Source: Hydrolagus colliei
Taxonomy: Eukaryota
Length of the DNA: 64,000 nt
Reading direction: 5' to 3'
NCBI GenBank assembly: GCA_035084275.1
Contig: CM068770.1
Coordinates: 558,001 to 622,000, forward strand
The notes beneath the pieces are model-generated. The model did not search any database. It saw nothing but the letters and a program-made list of their open reading frames with translations, and was not told the DNA's origin. The position numbers were made by a program, and so were the translations under genes. Position 1 is the stretch's first letter. Every line of letters starts with the position of its first letter. Shown here in pieces: positions 1 through 12,828 of this stretch.

Positions 1-409
1 ATTGCCAGCCTGTCACCTCACTGTCCCATTGCCACACCCAACATGGCTGGCCTGACCTGTGCTCTTGCTCAGTGGGTCGCTCAGTGATCTTCACTGTAAG
101 GCGGGAGGGGGTGGGGGGATTATTGGTCATGTGAGTCGATTGATAGACAATGGCTGACGGCAATGGGGGGATAGCCAGATATACACGGGGGCATCTCAGG
201 GGTGGCTTCAGCTGCTGTTGTCTTGGAATACAATTGTGTTTCTTGGCAAAGGGCATTTATGTTAGTTGTTAGGCCAAACAGGGAGAGTGTTATAGCCGAC
301 TGTGACATAGTTGGATTGTTATACAAGGGGAATCGAGGAGTAATGTTACCCTTTGAACTGATTGCAAACAGACCTTGACTGATTATAATGGAGTAATATA
401 GTGTCTTCC

Positions 410-1735
410 TACTACAACAACAACATTACATTTATCGAGCTCCTTTCATGTCAGGAGGATGTCCCTGAACAGTCGGGGGCCAGGACCTGAGCACGCGGGA
501 GAGGCAGGGTAGGGGGGGAGGGGAGGGAGAGAGGTGGGAGGGCGGTAAAAGGCACAACCGAAGAGGAGGGTCTTGAGACCGTCCTTGAAGGAGGCAAGGG
601 AGGAAGCGAGGCGAAGGGACTGTGTAGGGCAAAGAGGTTGAAAGCCTGGCCACCGATGGTGGGGCGGGTCAGGTAGGGGACATGGAGCAGACCGGAGCCC
701 ACTGAACGGATGGGAGCGAGTTGGCAGCAAGTCAGCAGGTCGGAGAGATAGGAGGGGGCAAGGCTCTGGCCTTAAAAGTGACAACTTAAATTCGATCCTC
801 TAGGGGATGGGGATCCAATGGAGCCGGGTAAGGGTGGGAGTGATGGAGTTTGCAGAGTTTTGGACGATCTGTAGATTGTGAAGGGAAGAGGCGGGAAGGC
901 CAGTGAAGAAGGAGTTTGCACAGTTAAGCCCTTGATGCGACAAATGCATGGAAAAGGACGTCGGCAGCCTGAGGGGTGAGACAGTGGCGGAGCCTGGCGA
1001 TGTTACGGAGGTGGTGGAAGGCAGTGCTGGTCATGGTGCTGATGTGGGGGAGAAAGGACAGTTCAGGATCAAATAAGACGCCCAGGTTCCTGACTGGCTT
1101 CATGAGATGGAGAAGTGCAGCCTTGGATACTCAGCACCTGAGGTGCGGGGGCACTGATGGGAGCCAATCAGGAGGCCCTCAGTCTTGCTGACATTGAGCT
1201 GGGGGAAAGTTGTCCCTCATCCAAGGCTCAATGTCAGACAGGCAGGCAGTTCAGGACGCCGGTAGCTCTGGAGTTGAGGTTGGAAGCGGAAAGGTAGAGT
1301 TGGGTGTCATCCACGTACATGTGGAAATTTACCCCATGTCCGCGGATGATATCACTGAGGGGGAGCATGTAGAGGGTGAAGAGGAGGGGACCAAGGACAG
1401 AGGCCTGAGGAACGCCACCCAAGATGGTGCGGGGGCTGGCGTGAAAGCCGTTAGAGGCCGCAAGGTGGAGATGGTGTGACAGATAGGACCGGAACTAGTC
1501 GAGTCACAAATGGTCAGGATATATAATTTGTGACCTCGACCAGAACAGTTTCCGTGCTGTCGGCGGTGCGGAGGCCCGATCGGAGGGCCTCGTGGGGGGA
1601 GTGGGATGAGAGGAAAGAGCGAGGCTGGGAGGCCACGACTCTTTCAAAGACCTGTGATGGAAAATAGGGAGGTTGGAGACGGGCCCAGTTTCCCATTACC
1701 AACCTTGAGCGTAAGAAACGCGAAGGGCTCATTAA
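410..1735 (-). mobile_element. Degraded L2-clade LINE (RT fragment plus 3' end)
   Basis: Minus-strand peptide [43 protein letters not shown] (RT core YxDD). The 3' tail aggcgct..ataaatgtaatgttgttg is near 415-450. Confidence 0.9.
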
Positions 1736-2256
1736 TTGGCCCGTTGTTTGGATGCCTCGAGTTCTCGCTGAGAACCGCGGGTGTGTGGGATCCGAAAAGA
1801 ATTCCGCATAACACCGCGAACTGGGAAAGTTTAATATGACGTAATCCTGTTAGCGAGAGGTGGGGGTGGGGGGTGAGCGGGGGGGGGGGGGTCTAGAGAG
1901 AGGAAAAAAAATTATTCCAACCTTTTTGTTTCCTGGGCTGATCTGTTTTGAGTATTAATAAATGTCTTATAATAACCGCCAACTATTTTTAACGTGTAAT
2001 GAGGACAGTCGCCCTTTGTTGCAACGTTTGCTGAGAAGTCGCGATGTTTATGTAATGACTTTTAATGGGCTTCGAGCACCATTGATGCTCTACAAACAGT
2101 GTTAACTACTCCAGATACCCAGAAACTAACCAGCAAAACCATTGCCCTCAACACAAACAATTTTTGAGCTGAATAACTCCATGCGCTTACAGCTCGTCCG
2201 CAACTCAAACCGTGTGAGCCTCACCTTCCTACGGGTTAATTTGATCTGAATTGCGT

Positions 2257-2625
2257 TGAGTGGCTTAGTGGTTAGAGCGCTCGCCTCGCAAAGGAGAGGA
2301 TCTGGGTTCGATTCCCAGGCAGTGGGGAATATTAGGCAAGTTCCCTTACTCCACACGGCTTTATTTACCAGCAGTGAGGAGGAACCCGGTTGTCAGTCGA
2401 TTTGCAGGATCGCTTTTCCTGGGGTAATAATCCCTTAAAAATAAAATAATAAAACTGGTTTGGTCACTTAATCCACAGCTCTTTGTGGGGACGCTGCTGT
2501 GCACAATTGGCTCCTGCGTTTCTCCCACAATATACAGTCAATTCACTTTTATAGTACATTCTGTGAAGCACTTTGAGACGTCTCGAAGACATGATAGGCG
2601 CTAGTTCAAATGAAAAGGTTTTGTT
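2257..2625 (+). mobile_element. tRNA-derived SINE (head variant with ggatcgctttcc insert)
   Basis: A-box-like tggcttagtggttagagc and B-box ggttcgattcc. Family core gctgctgtgcacaattggct; tail tgtgaagcactttgagacgtc. Confidence 0.85.
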
Positions 2626-3165
2626 AAATCTACACTGTGCTTTCTAGACTGTAACATATAGCATTAGAAAGATGCTATACAAAAGTAATTTTGTTGTATC
2701 TGTGTTTGTGTGTGTCTGTGTGTGTGAATGGGGGGCGGGGGGGTTTGCCTCTTCACACAGAGACCAGTTGGAATCTGAAACTCTTTCCCTCCCTCAAAAG
2801 GCTATGGATTATGACCTTATCCATTCAAATTTTCGAGACTGAGGTGAATAAATGGTGGTTAGGTCAGAGGATCGCGAGATATATCAGGGTGAAGTCGGGT
2901 AATTGGAGTTGAGGTACAGATCAGTCACAATCTAACAGAATAAGCCAACAGGTTTGATGGGCTGAATGGCTTGCTCCTGTTCCTGTGACTCTCGTGTTGA
3001 TTGAGTTATCCTCCAATCATATCGTTGTAAAGCCACTTAAATTGACGCTTGTTTTATTTTGTGCGATGGACCCTGTGATCTTCAGGCTTGGGGTTGAGAT
3101 CACCCATTTCTGTTTCAGTGAAAGGTTCATTTTCAATTGATTTATTTTCCTGGAGAGAAAGAGAC

Positions 3166-3472
3166 AGTGCAGCTCAGTGGTTAGAGCACTCGCCTTACAA
3201 GCGTGAGACCTGTGTTCAAATCCAGGCAGGTCAGGGCGAAACCTTGGGCAAGTTTCCTTACTCCACACGCCTAATAATAATCCCTCAAATCAACAATAAA
3301 AATTGGTCATTTCAAACACACGATGTTGGTGGGGGACGCTGCTGTGCGCAATTGGCTGCCGCGTTTCACCCACAAATATATAGTCACTTCACTTTACAGT
3401 ATATCCTGTGAAGCGCTTTGAGACGCCTCGAAGACATGGTAAGGTGCTGTATCAGATGCAAGGATTATCATA
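3166..3472 (+). mobile_element. tRNA-derived SINE, near full length
   Basis: agctcagtggttagagc, gttcaaatcc, core gacgctgctgtgcgcaattggctgccgcgtttc, tail atgcaaggattat. Confidence 0.9.
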
Positions 3473-3995
3473 GTCTCCCAACAATGAAAGTAAACTCAGG
3501 GTTTATCCCCCCCCACCCTCCCCATTACCCTTCCTGTAACTATTTCAATAACCACTTGTATTTATATAGTACCTTTCACACATGGTAGCACCTCACAGAT
3601 AGTGCTTAACCAGGTGGGAAAGGTGGTCATAGGCCCAGCCGAAGAGGAAAGTCTTCGGGTGCAAAGAGGGGACGATTCGGAGGATTGAGGCGGAGGGATC
3701 GAGGCAAACCTGAAGTAGAGAGATGTCTCGGTCCGGGTTTAACCTGTTATTTTAAGAAAACAGGCCGCCGTCCTTGTTCACTCCTCGAACGAGTTGACTT
3801 ATGTAACGTTAATTCTTTATATAACGTTTCCCGATATGACTTTTTATTCTCGGGTGGGTCTCTGGCCCCGGTGTTTCTCTGGTAACCAGATTGTTCTGAG
3901 TGGATCCTCTTCCGAACGCACTGAGGAACTGACTTGCTTTTCCGTTGATGCCCCCTAAGGATTGCTGAGCTACTTTTTGTTCACGTGTCCACCAG

Positions 3996-4067
3996 GTACT
4001 CACATGTTCCTGTAGACCAGCACAGGACAATGGCGTGTCGACCACTCTTGCCAAACCCACACCTCAG
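3996..4067 (+). CDS. DIXDC1: Putative upstream DIXDC1 coding exon (VLTCSCRPAQDNGVSTTLAKPTPQ)
   Basis: Pyrimidine-rich acceptor (ttttgttcacgtgtccaccag) and CAG|GTGTGC donor. It is 72 nt, phase 0/0, and open, so it joins exon 7872 in frame. Similarity to the human linker (..SQSNG..) before SDLQLVRD is only weak. Confidence 0.5.
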
Positions 4068-4079
4068 GTGTGCAGAGGG

Positions 4080-4515
4080 GTGAGTGCAGATCAGATCACA
4101 GGGCTACTGTTTAGCTCTGTGTCGGTGGATCGATTACAAAGTCCTCACATTCGTTTCCAAATCCCTGGCACGAACCTACCTCTCCCAGCTGCTTACTCTC
4201 CAACCCATTACCCACTGCCCGCTCTCGACAGGCACCAGCCTCCCGCATGTCCCACGTGCCCCCCTGTCCACCATCGCTGCCCGTGCGTTCAGCCGCTACG
4301 CCCCCAAACTCTGGAGCACTCGCCCTGTATCCCTCCGCCCTGCCCCCTCCTCCCCCATGTTCAGGCCACGCCTAAAGACTTCCCTCTTCGGCCGTGCCTG
4401 CGGTCGCCCCCCACCTCTCGGCAGCTGGACGTCAGGCTCCGCCACTGTCAAGCGCTCCAGGACGCTGCCCTGCTCGAGGAGCGCTATGTAAATGCAAGTT
4501 GTTGTTGTTGGTGAT
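4080..4515 (+). mobile_element. L2 LINE 3' fragment
   Basis: WIDYKVLTFVSKSL...APKLWS-type 3' ORF2 remnant ending in gcgctatgtaaatgcaagttgttgttgtt. Confidence 0.8.
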
Positions 4516-4574
4516 GATGATTTTGTAACGTAGTTCCAACGGGTCAACTGGGACTGTTTAAAATCAGACGAATC

Positions 4575-4605
<31 letters not shown>

Positions 4606-5426
4606 TTTAAAAATATATGGCGATGAAAATATCAACCTCCTGCAAGTCGTTGTTGTTTTGTTGAGTTTCTCGTTTGGATTCACGTCAAACTAGTCCCTCA
4701 GAGCCTTTTTCTTTGAGTGCAAATTAATTGCGGAATAACCTGCGGCAACTTTACTGGGGTCTCTGCACCAGGAACAGTCTTAATGGAGCCGTCTTTACAT
4801 TAAAGTGCAACAAAAAGATCGCTTGCGCTGATCTGATAATCCTCCCCCTTCCCCACCCCCTCTCTCCCCCCCACTCAACGTCACGTCAGTAAGTTAGAGA
4901 AACACTGATATTTGGTCACTCAGTTCACGACTGTTTGTGTAGGTCACTGCGCAATTAATTGGCTGCCGAATTTTGCCCACAAAATACACTTTACAATATA
5001 TTATGCGAGATGCTTTGATTCATGCTGAGGCACTGTATCTAATGCAAGGATTATTAATATTAATATTAATATTATTATTATGAAGTCAGTTAGCCACACT
5101 GACCTCTCAACACAGATACAGGGGGTGAGGCGATATATCAAAGACAAGGGTTGTTATTTCAGTACTATTATTATAGAGCCTCATCGGGCTCTGTCTCAAC
5201 TCTCTCTCCATACATAGGCCATTCCATTGACTTTAACCTACTGTCAAAGACTGCCAGCCAGATCCCTCCTTTACTGTAGATACAGAGGGAGTTGATGGGA
5301 ATAGTAGTGTTTTACAACACATTTGGCCCATTGTGATTACTGACTTAATCAATCCTCTCTGTCCCGTTGATCTCTCCTTCCACCCACCCCACCATCCCCC
5401 ACCCCCACAATTATACCTCCACAAAT

Positions 5427-5742
5427 GGAGTCCTGTAGCTCAGTGGTTAGAGCGCTCGCCATACAAACATTGAGACTCGTGTTCAAATCCAGGCAGGTCA
5501 GGGCGAAACATTGGGCAAGTTTACTTACTCCACACGCCTAATAATAATCCCCCCCACCCCCCCAAATAAAATAAAAAATAAAATTAGTCATTTCAACCCA
5601 CGGCTGTTTGTGGGGGGGACGCTGCTGTGAGCAATTGGCTGCCGCGTTTCGCCCACAAATATACAGTCACTTCACTTTACAGTATATTCTGTGAAGCGCT
5701 TTGAGAAAGCACTATTATCAAATGCAGGGATTATTATTATTT
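5427..5742 (+). mobile_element. tRNA-derived SINE, full length
   Basis: ggagtcctgtagctcagtggttagagcgctcgcc...gttcaaatccaggcaggtcagggcg, core, and (att)n tail. Confidence 0.92.
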
Positions 5743-7364
5743 TTAATTAGTGCTGTTTTAGATACCTGTCTACACCAACAACAAATTTACATTTATAGAG
5801 CGCCTTTCACGTCAGGACGACATCTAGTTCTGTATTGAAGCGAAGTGGTTGTCCACTGTACCTGACAGAGCGTACTTCACCCTAACAACGTTTAGTGTGT
5901 GAAACAAATCCTCCTAATGTCCCCTATTGCTACTTTAGTGACTATGTTTAATCATTGCCCTCTGGTCACTCACTCACTGTTGAAAACCCCTCATAAACCT
6001 CAAGACTGTGATCGAGGCTCCTCTCTCGCTCTCTCTGTTCCATCTGAAAATAATCTCAGTTCCTCTCATCGCAAGTATAACTCTTCCTCACCCGCAATGG
6101 CACTGATGTCCTCCCTAACGTGAGGTGAGCAAAGCTGGACTCTGGGCTAACGAATGATTTGTACAAGTTGGGATTGCCCCTTTGGTTTTATATTCGATGG
6201 CCTAACGGATGCACAGTCACTACACTTCGGAGCGTATCCTGCCAATGGCTTGGAAGTCCCTCTTCCTGTCAATGTGAAAGACGCTACATCGCAATGCAAG
6301 GATTATTTCTCTTACTATAGTCCTCCATGAGAGTGGTTACATTGCCAACCCCTCCACTGTGCTCGGTCAGCCCCCCGTCTGGTCAGTCACGTCGCTCAAC
6401 CAAGGAACACAGCGCTCTGGCTCCCTCCCTGCCTCACACCACGTGACAAAAGTAGGACATCCTCACCCAATAGGCTCAACAGATTCCAACAGTCAGGACA
6501 GGAATAATTCCTCAACTGTGAGCTGAGCAGCCGGGAAAAATCTGGGTCACGCTCCGCACAGATAATTACCTTGCGATCGAGGGTTACGGTGGGCGAGGAT
6601 ATGATAGGCTATCTCCCCAGGGAACAGGAGGGGCCCAGTGAGTGCCTGTCCACTGTCACTTTGTCAGATGAGCAGTTCCTTCTGTAACCCAGCGAGCAGT
6701 TTTTTTTTACCATTTATGGCCATCCCTATTGGACCGAATTCAGAGACGGTGTAAATATTTTTCCCCCCCATTGTTTATAGACTCTTCCTTGTTCCCACTG
6801 GTGGTTTAATGGGACGTTACTGTCTTATTGACAAGAACCACTTATGTCTAACTTGGCGCCCTTAACATCGATAGTAAATAATAATCCTGTATGGATACCG
6901 TGCCTTATCACATCTTTGAGGCGTCTCGAAGCGCCTCACGGAGAACAACGACAACAAAATTACACTTGTATATAGATGCTGAGTATACTATGATGTGGGT
7001 CGACTCTATGTCTTGTGGCAGCCAATTGCGCACAGCAGCATCCCAAAACAACTGAGGATTAAGTGACCAAGTCATTTTTTTCTACGGGATTATTACCCCC
7101 TGGAAAGTGATCCACCAATCGACCGACAACCGGTTTCCAAGCTACCTCTGGTAAACAGAGTCACGTGGAGTAAGGAAACCTGGTATCTAGGATAATGTCT
7201 CGAAATGCTTTACGTGATGTGGGATGGACCCCGAGCTAGGAGGACGGGGGAGGTATTATCTCTGAGGTGTGATTTGAAGATAAATAGTGAAGGGACAAGA
7301 CGGAGGGACAGCTGTTGGGGGGGAGGGAGGCATCACCTCCTTTCCCCCCTCGACCACCCCCATA

Positions 7365-7686
7365 TACAGCGCTTTTCATATTTTGTCGATGTCTCAAAGC
7401 CCTTCACAGAATGCACTGTAAAGTGAAGTGACTGTATATTTGTGGGTGAAACGCGGCAGCCGATTGCGCACAGCAGCGTCCCCCCCCACAAACGGTCGTG
7501 GGTTGAAATGACCGATTTTTGTTATTGTGGTGTTTTTTTGGGAGGGATCATTATTAGGCGCGTGTGTGTGCATGTGTCTGGAGTAAGGAAACTTGCCCAA
7601 GGTTTCGCTCTGACCTGACCTGCCTGGATTCGAGTGAAACACAGATCTCACGCTTGTAAGTCGAGTGCTCTAACCACTGAGCCACA
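7365..7686 (-). mobile_element. tRNA-derived SINE, full length, antisense to DIXDC1
   Basis: Reverse complement of the same head, core and tail. Confidence 0.88.
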
Positions 7687-7802
7687 GAAGCTTCTAATGA
7701 GCAGAAATCTGGACTCTCTGTGCTCGATGAGCAGGGAAGCGTGTGTGGTGATACGTCCGCGTGGAGTCAGTTGTCCCGGCCTCAGTCTTGCGTTGGACTC
7801 TA

Positions 7803-7860
<58 letters not shown>

Positions 7861-7871
7861 GTGGTTTATAG

Positions 7872-9730
7872 TCTGACGATCTCCAGATTGTCCGGGATTC
7901 CCTACGTAGTTTGAGGAACAACTTCAGCAACCACGACCCGCAGCACCACACCATCGACACCCTGGAACAAGGCATCGCCAGTCTACTGGAGCGAATGCAC
8001 ATTGCCGAGATACAGTGCAGAACTGTCAGCAAGGTACCCCCTTTTCCCCCTAACCCCACTCACCACGATTGTTTGTGGGGGACGCTGCCGTGCGCAATCT
8101 GGCTGCCGCGTTTCGCCCACAAATAGACGGTCAATTCTCCTACTTTCCTTCCTCCCACCACGACCCTCCCCCTCCCCCCGCCCCTCCCATCTCCCGCCGT
8201 GGTCTCTACCTCGGGGACGTTGTCGTATTCTGTGAAGCGCTTTGAGACGTCGATAAGACGTGAAAAGCGCTATATAAATGTGAGTATTATTATTATTATC
8301 ATATTAAACACTTAAGTAACACCCCCCCACCCCAGACACATTCAATCATTATTCACTCCCTGGCTGTTTGTGGGACGTCGCTGTGAAATTTACAGTGAAA
8401 ATCCCGGCGAGGTGGTTCTTGAGATCGTTCTCTCCTCTGTGAAAAGCGTTCCATCAAATTGCGAGGCCGGTGGCTTGCGTCGACCTTCCTGCGTTTTGTT
8501 TTTCGCATCGTCGTTCCTCGCTTGTGGTTCCCTAAGCTCGGGTCATCTGACCCCCACATGAGACAGTGAAGCCTGTGAGGATCGTCAGATGATTAATGTG
8601 GCTGCTCCTGCGAGGCCAGCTTCTGTTTTGACACTGTTATCATTGTGGGTCAGACACCACCTGCCAGCAGCGAGGAAACGGCTTTTAATAACCAACGGGG
8701 AGGGCGGGCGGGCGGGCGGGCGGGCGGGGAGCTGCGAGTCTCAGTTCAAAGCAGCTTTTGTCTGTTGCGGTTACGTAATGTTCATGTTGCTCCAGGGTTG
8801 TTGCGTTCTCTTCCTCCCCAAAGTCACATTGCGCTTCTCACCGAGATCGCAATCACGATAATAATCATTAGATTCTAGACGTCTCTCAGCACTTCACGGG
8901 ATACACTGACAAGTGGATTGACGGTACGTTTGAGTGCGAAACGCGGCAGCCGATCGCGCGCAGCAAAACTGCCCCGGATTTCACTCCTACATGGCCTGGC
9001 TCTAATGATGTCCCTTGTGTTAGATTCCCCACCAGAGGAAATAGTTGCTCTGTGCCTACTGCCTACCCTATTCAATTCTTTTATTATTTTAAGTACATAT
9101 TTCGCGGTAAAGTGAGTTGTCCTCCTGTCGTAAATGGCGCTACATCAAACGCCAAGGATTATTACTATTATTTGTGGAGCCCTGCCTCGCGCAATTTGGC
9201 TGCTGCGTTTCGCCCAGAAAATGTACGGTCCCTACGCTTCACACTTCATGGTGTGAAGCGCTTTGAGAGGTCTCGAAGTCAACGATGAGGCTCTTGTGTC
9301 AGAATGCAAGGATTATTATCTCATCGTTTCCTCTTGTTTCCCGCAGCCTCCCGTGAGACCTGCAATGAACAGAGGGTACAGTACGGAGAGAGACTCCTGG
9401 TCACCGAATCCCAGTAAGAACAATCCATTTTTCCGGCTTTGAAGCACGTATCTCACGCGGCAACCCTCTGTGATGTAAAATGTTACACCTTTACGGTACC
9501 TTGTTCAGAATCCTGGCTCATTCGCGAGCTTGGCTCGGAGTCGCAAGCCTGTGGGTTCAAGCCCCGCATCGGAGCTTTGAGCTCAGGATCTAGGCTGTCA
9601 ATTTGTGGTCCTTCAGATGAGACATTAAACTAACTGTTATCACAGGATGATAGAATTATACAGCACAGAAGGAAGCTGTCTGTCCTGGCTGTTTGAAAAG
9701 AGCTGTCGAAATCAATCCCACTCCCCCGCG

Positions 9731-9767
<37 letters not shown>

Positions 9768-10354
9768 CCCACAGCCCTGCAAACCTGTCCTCCGCAAGTA
9801 ACTATCTACTGTACTTCTCTCTTGAAAGTTATTGTTGAATTGGCTTCCGCCCTTTCAGGCAACGCATTCCAGATCCCAACAACTCATTCAGGTGGAGACT
9901 AAAGATTAACACATTAACAGTGGCGGTATTCAGAGAGAGAAGAAAGTTTCTCCCAGCGAACGATTCCATAGATTCATTTTATACCTGTGGGACAGTGCAA
10001 GCGGGTTGCTGCACTTTCCTACAAATACACAGTCACTAAACTTTACGGTAATTCGCGCGAAGCTCTTTTGAGATGTCTCAACGACACATCGAAGGGCGTT
10101 GATTCCCAGGCAAGAATAATCATCAAAAGCTGAATTATTGTCTCGAGTGCCACCTAGTGTTAACAGCATGTTCCAATCAGCACAGTGTTGAGACTGACAA
10201 TGCAGACACCAGCGTAAAGGATTTAACAAGTGGTTCATCTCTGTCGTTGTTCACCAGCTCGGCTCTGATTCTTTGCCGAGTTAAACATCTGAATTATAAA
10301 TTTCTCTTCAAATTCTTCTGAGCTTCTGTGATTTGTTTCCCATAGAAGGGAGTT

Positions 10355-10386
<32 letters not shown>

Positions 10387-12828
10387 GTGTCGTTCACTTC
10401 AGGGCTGTCGATGGGTCCAAATTACTAAGAAAATTGAGTAAATCTCAGCCAGGCCTGGGTGGAATAAAATGTTGCACTTGTTACACACTCCCACCCCCAC
10501 CCCATCAGCTTTATAAATAATTAGTCAGTCAACCCTCGGCTGCTTGTGGGGACGCTGCTGTGCGCAATTAGCTGCTAACAAAATATACCGTCAATTCACT
10601 TTACAGTATATTCTGTGAAGCGCTTTGGGACGTCTCAACGGCGTGATAAGGCGCCCTTCGTATCAAATGGAAAAGATTCTTCTTATTGTGTAATGTACCA
10701 AAGTACTCAATTGGTTTAAAATCTCCTCTTGTTCCTGACAGAGGCCCATCGTTCGCACGCCAGTCCCGTCTCCAGCAGCATCATGTACACCAAGGTGGTG
10801 TATTTCACCGACCGATCGCTGGTTCCCTTTATGGTAAACATTCCAAAGAGGCAAGTGCAGCTCTGTACTCGGGAATCTCTGGGATTACGATCTTGACAGT
10901 GAATGGATGGAATTCTCTACCCCCCCCCCCCCCCCAAACGGCTCACTCAGTCCTTGAACGTGTGCAATTGATGGATTTCTTATGGATGAGGGGATTAAAG
11001 GATATGGGGAGAAGGCGGGCAGATAGATTTAGATTTAGACGATCAGCCATGATCTTATTGAATGGCGAGGCAGGCTCGAGGGGCTGAATGTCCTGCTCCT
11101 AATTCTTATCATCTTATATCATTAACATTTTATGACGAGTGGCGGTGGGCGCGGGTGGGCAGACCAGAGGAAAGCATTCATTTACTTCAGTCTTGAGTTT
11201 TATTCATCCATATATTCAAAATAACACAACATTTAAAAAAAAACACTAAGGTATTTACAATACAGGTAAACCTCTATTTAGGACGGGGTTGCGTTCCTGA
11301 AAAACTGTACTTAAATCGAAACGTCCTACATTGAAACGCGATTTCCCATGTGGTCCCATTATGTAACCAGAGATGCGTTTCTTTTCACAGACTTTTCAGA
11401 CCTTAAACCCACTAAATAACACACAAAATATAACACACAACATAACACACAAATTAACGCTCACAGGCAAGAAGGGGTACTTGGGGTAACTGTATGGTAT
11501 ATTACGCTGATTCTGATCCTCAATCCAGACACTCAGCGTTCTTTCCATGTTTTCCATCACATCCCTCCTATGTTTTGCTAATCTGCTTGCACCTGTAGCT
11601 AGAACACACCTTGAACTTGCCAGAATATTGTCCTTGTTCTGTTTTATAGTAGCCACCGTCGATCTAGCTAGCCCTAAAGCCCTCCCGATGTCAGTACCTT
11701 TTTCACCAGACTTGATGCGCTTTATCACCTTCACCTCCAGCCAAGGAGAAGGATATCGGAGGGAATAAGTGGTGGGTGGAGGTTCAAGGACAATAATTTC
11801 TATAGTCCCTTCGTATGGGGTTTGTGTGGAGTTTAAACGCTGGCATGGACTTGTTGGGCTTTAATGACTGGTTTCCTTGTTGTAAATCTATACAAACATC
11901 TTGTCCTTTTAATCACTGGGTCACTCAACCAGCCCAGCCAACAACAACACATCCAGAAACTGGTTGATCTCACACAATGTCTCCATTTTTTTTGTCCCCC
12001 AAACCCATTCCTTGTAGACTTGGGGAAGTGGTTTTGAAAGACTTCAAAAAAGCAATTGATCGGGAGGGGAATTACAGATATCATTTCAAAGCCTTGGACC
12101 CCGAGTTTGGCACGGTGAAGGAGGAGGTAAGCCCCAGGATCTTTTCCTGTTGTGCTGGAGGTGGTTGATTAACACTCAATATTCCAACCTGGGGCACAGA
12201 TCTGTAAAGTGACAATCAGTTCACTTTACAACGTATCCTGTGAATGGCTTGGAGACGTCTTGAAGTGATAAGGCGCTGTATCCAATGGAATGATTATTCT
12301 TATTACAATAACTCAGCCTCTGGCACCAACCCCCCAGCAGCTGGCCAAACAAGGTCCATTCTGTGTTGGCTCGATTGGATGTTAAAGTGGGTGGGGGGCT
12401 GTGGGGGATGAGGGGATCAGGGCCAAACCTTAGACAAGCAAGTTTCCTTACTCCACACACCTCAGTTTACCAATAGTAAGTAGGGACCCACTTGTTAGTC
12501 GATTGGCGGATCGCTTTCCAGGAGTAATAACCTTTTTAAAATTGGGGGAATTTTGTGGGGACGCTGCTGTGCGCAATTGGCTGCCCACAAATATACAGTT
12601 GATTCACTTTATGGTATATTCTGTGAAGCGCTTTGAGACACAGTCTAGAAGTGATAAGCCGCTGTATCAAATGCAAGGATTATTATTACTATTGTTGGTA
12701 TTGACCGACCGTTCGATCCTAATTTGCCATTTGTTTGGTTCCAGCTTTTTCACGACGACGATATTATTCCTGGCTGGGAAGGCAAAATAGTGGGGTGGGT
12801 GGAAGAAGACCCCGGGAATGCTAGATAA
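7872..12828 (+). CDS. DIXDC1: DIX domain-containing protein 1 (Ccd1), 3' coding exons: 7872-8033, 9347-9413, 10742-10850, 12018-12126, 12745-12828 (stop)
   Basis: Spliced translation is [42 protein letters not shown]...[85 protein letters not shown]. This matches the recalled vertebrate DIXDC1 C-terminus and DIX domain. Exon phases are consistent (0,1,2,0). All acceptors are AG; one donor is GC (10851). The 5' part of the gene lies outside the window. Confidence 0.95.
11261..11770 (-). mobile_element. Tigger/pogo (TcMar) DNA transposon, internally deleted
   Basis: TA followed by a CAGGTAAACCTC-type terminus at 11261. The minus-strand peptide [34 protein letters not shown]...[18 protein letters not shown] resembles the HTH/CENP-B DNA-binding N-terminus of Tigger transposases. 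Confidence 0.8.

Noticed and set aside
5427-5500. tRNA gene-like sequences (many copies)
   Set aside because: These are SINE heads: they have A and B boxes but no acceptor-stem closure, and they continue into the SINE body.
6005-6130. Possible DIXDC1 exon ending at a strong GAG|GTGAGC donor (6124)
   Set aside because: All three frames hit stops before the donor, there is no similarity to DIXDC1, and the adjacent sequence looks like a CR1 fragment.
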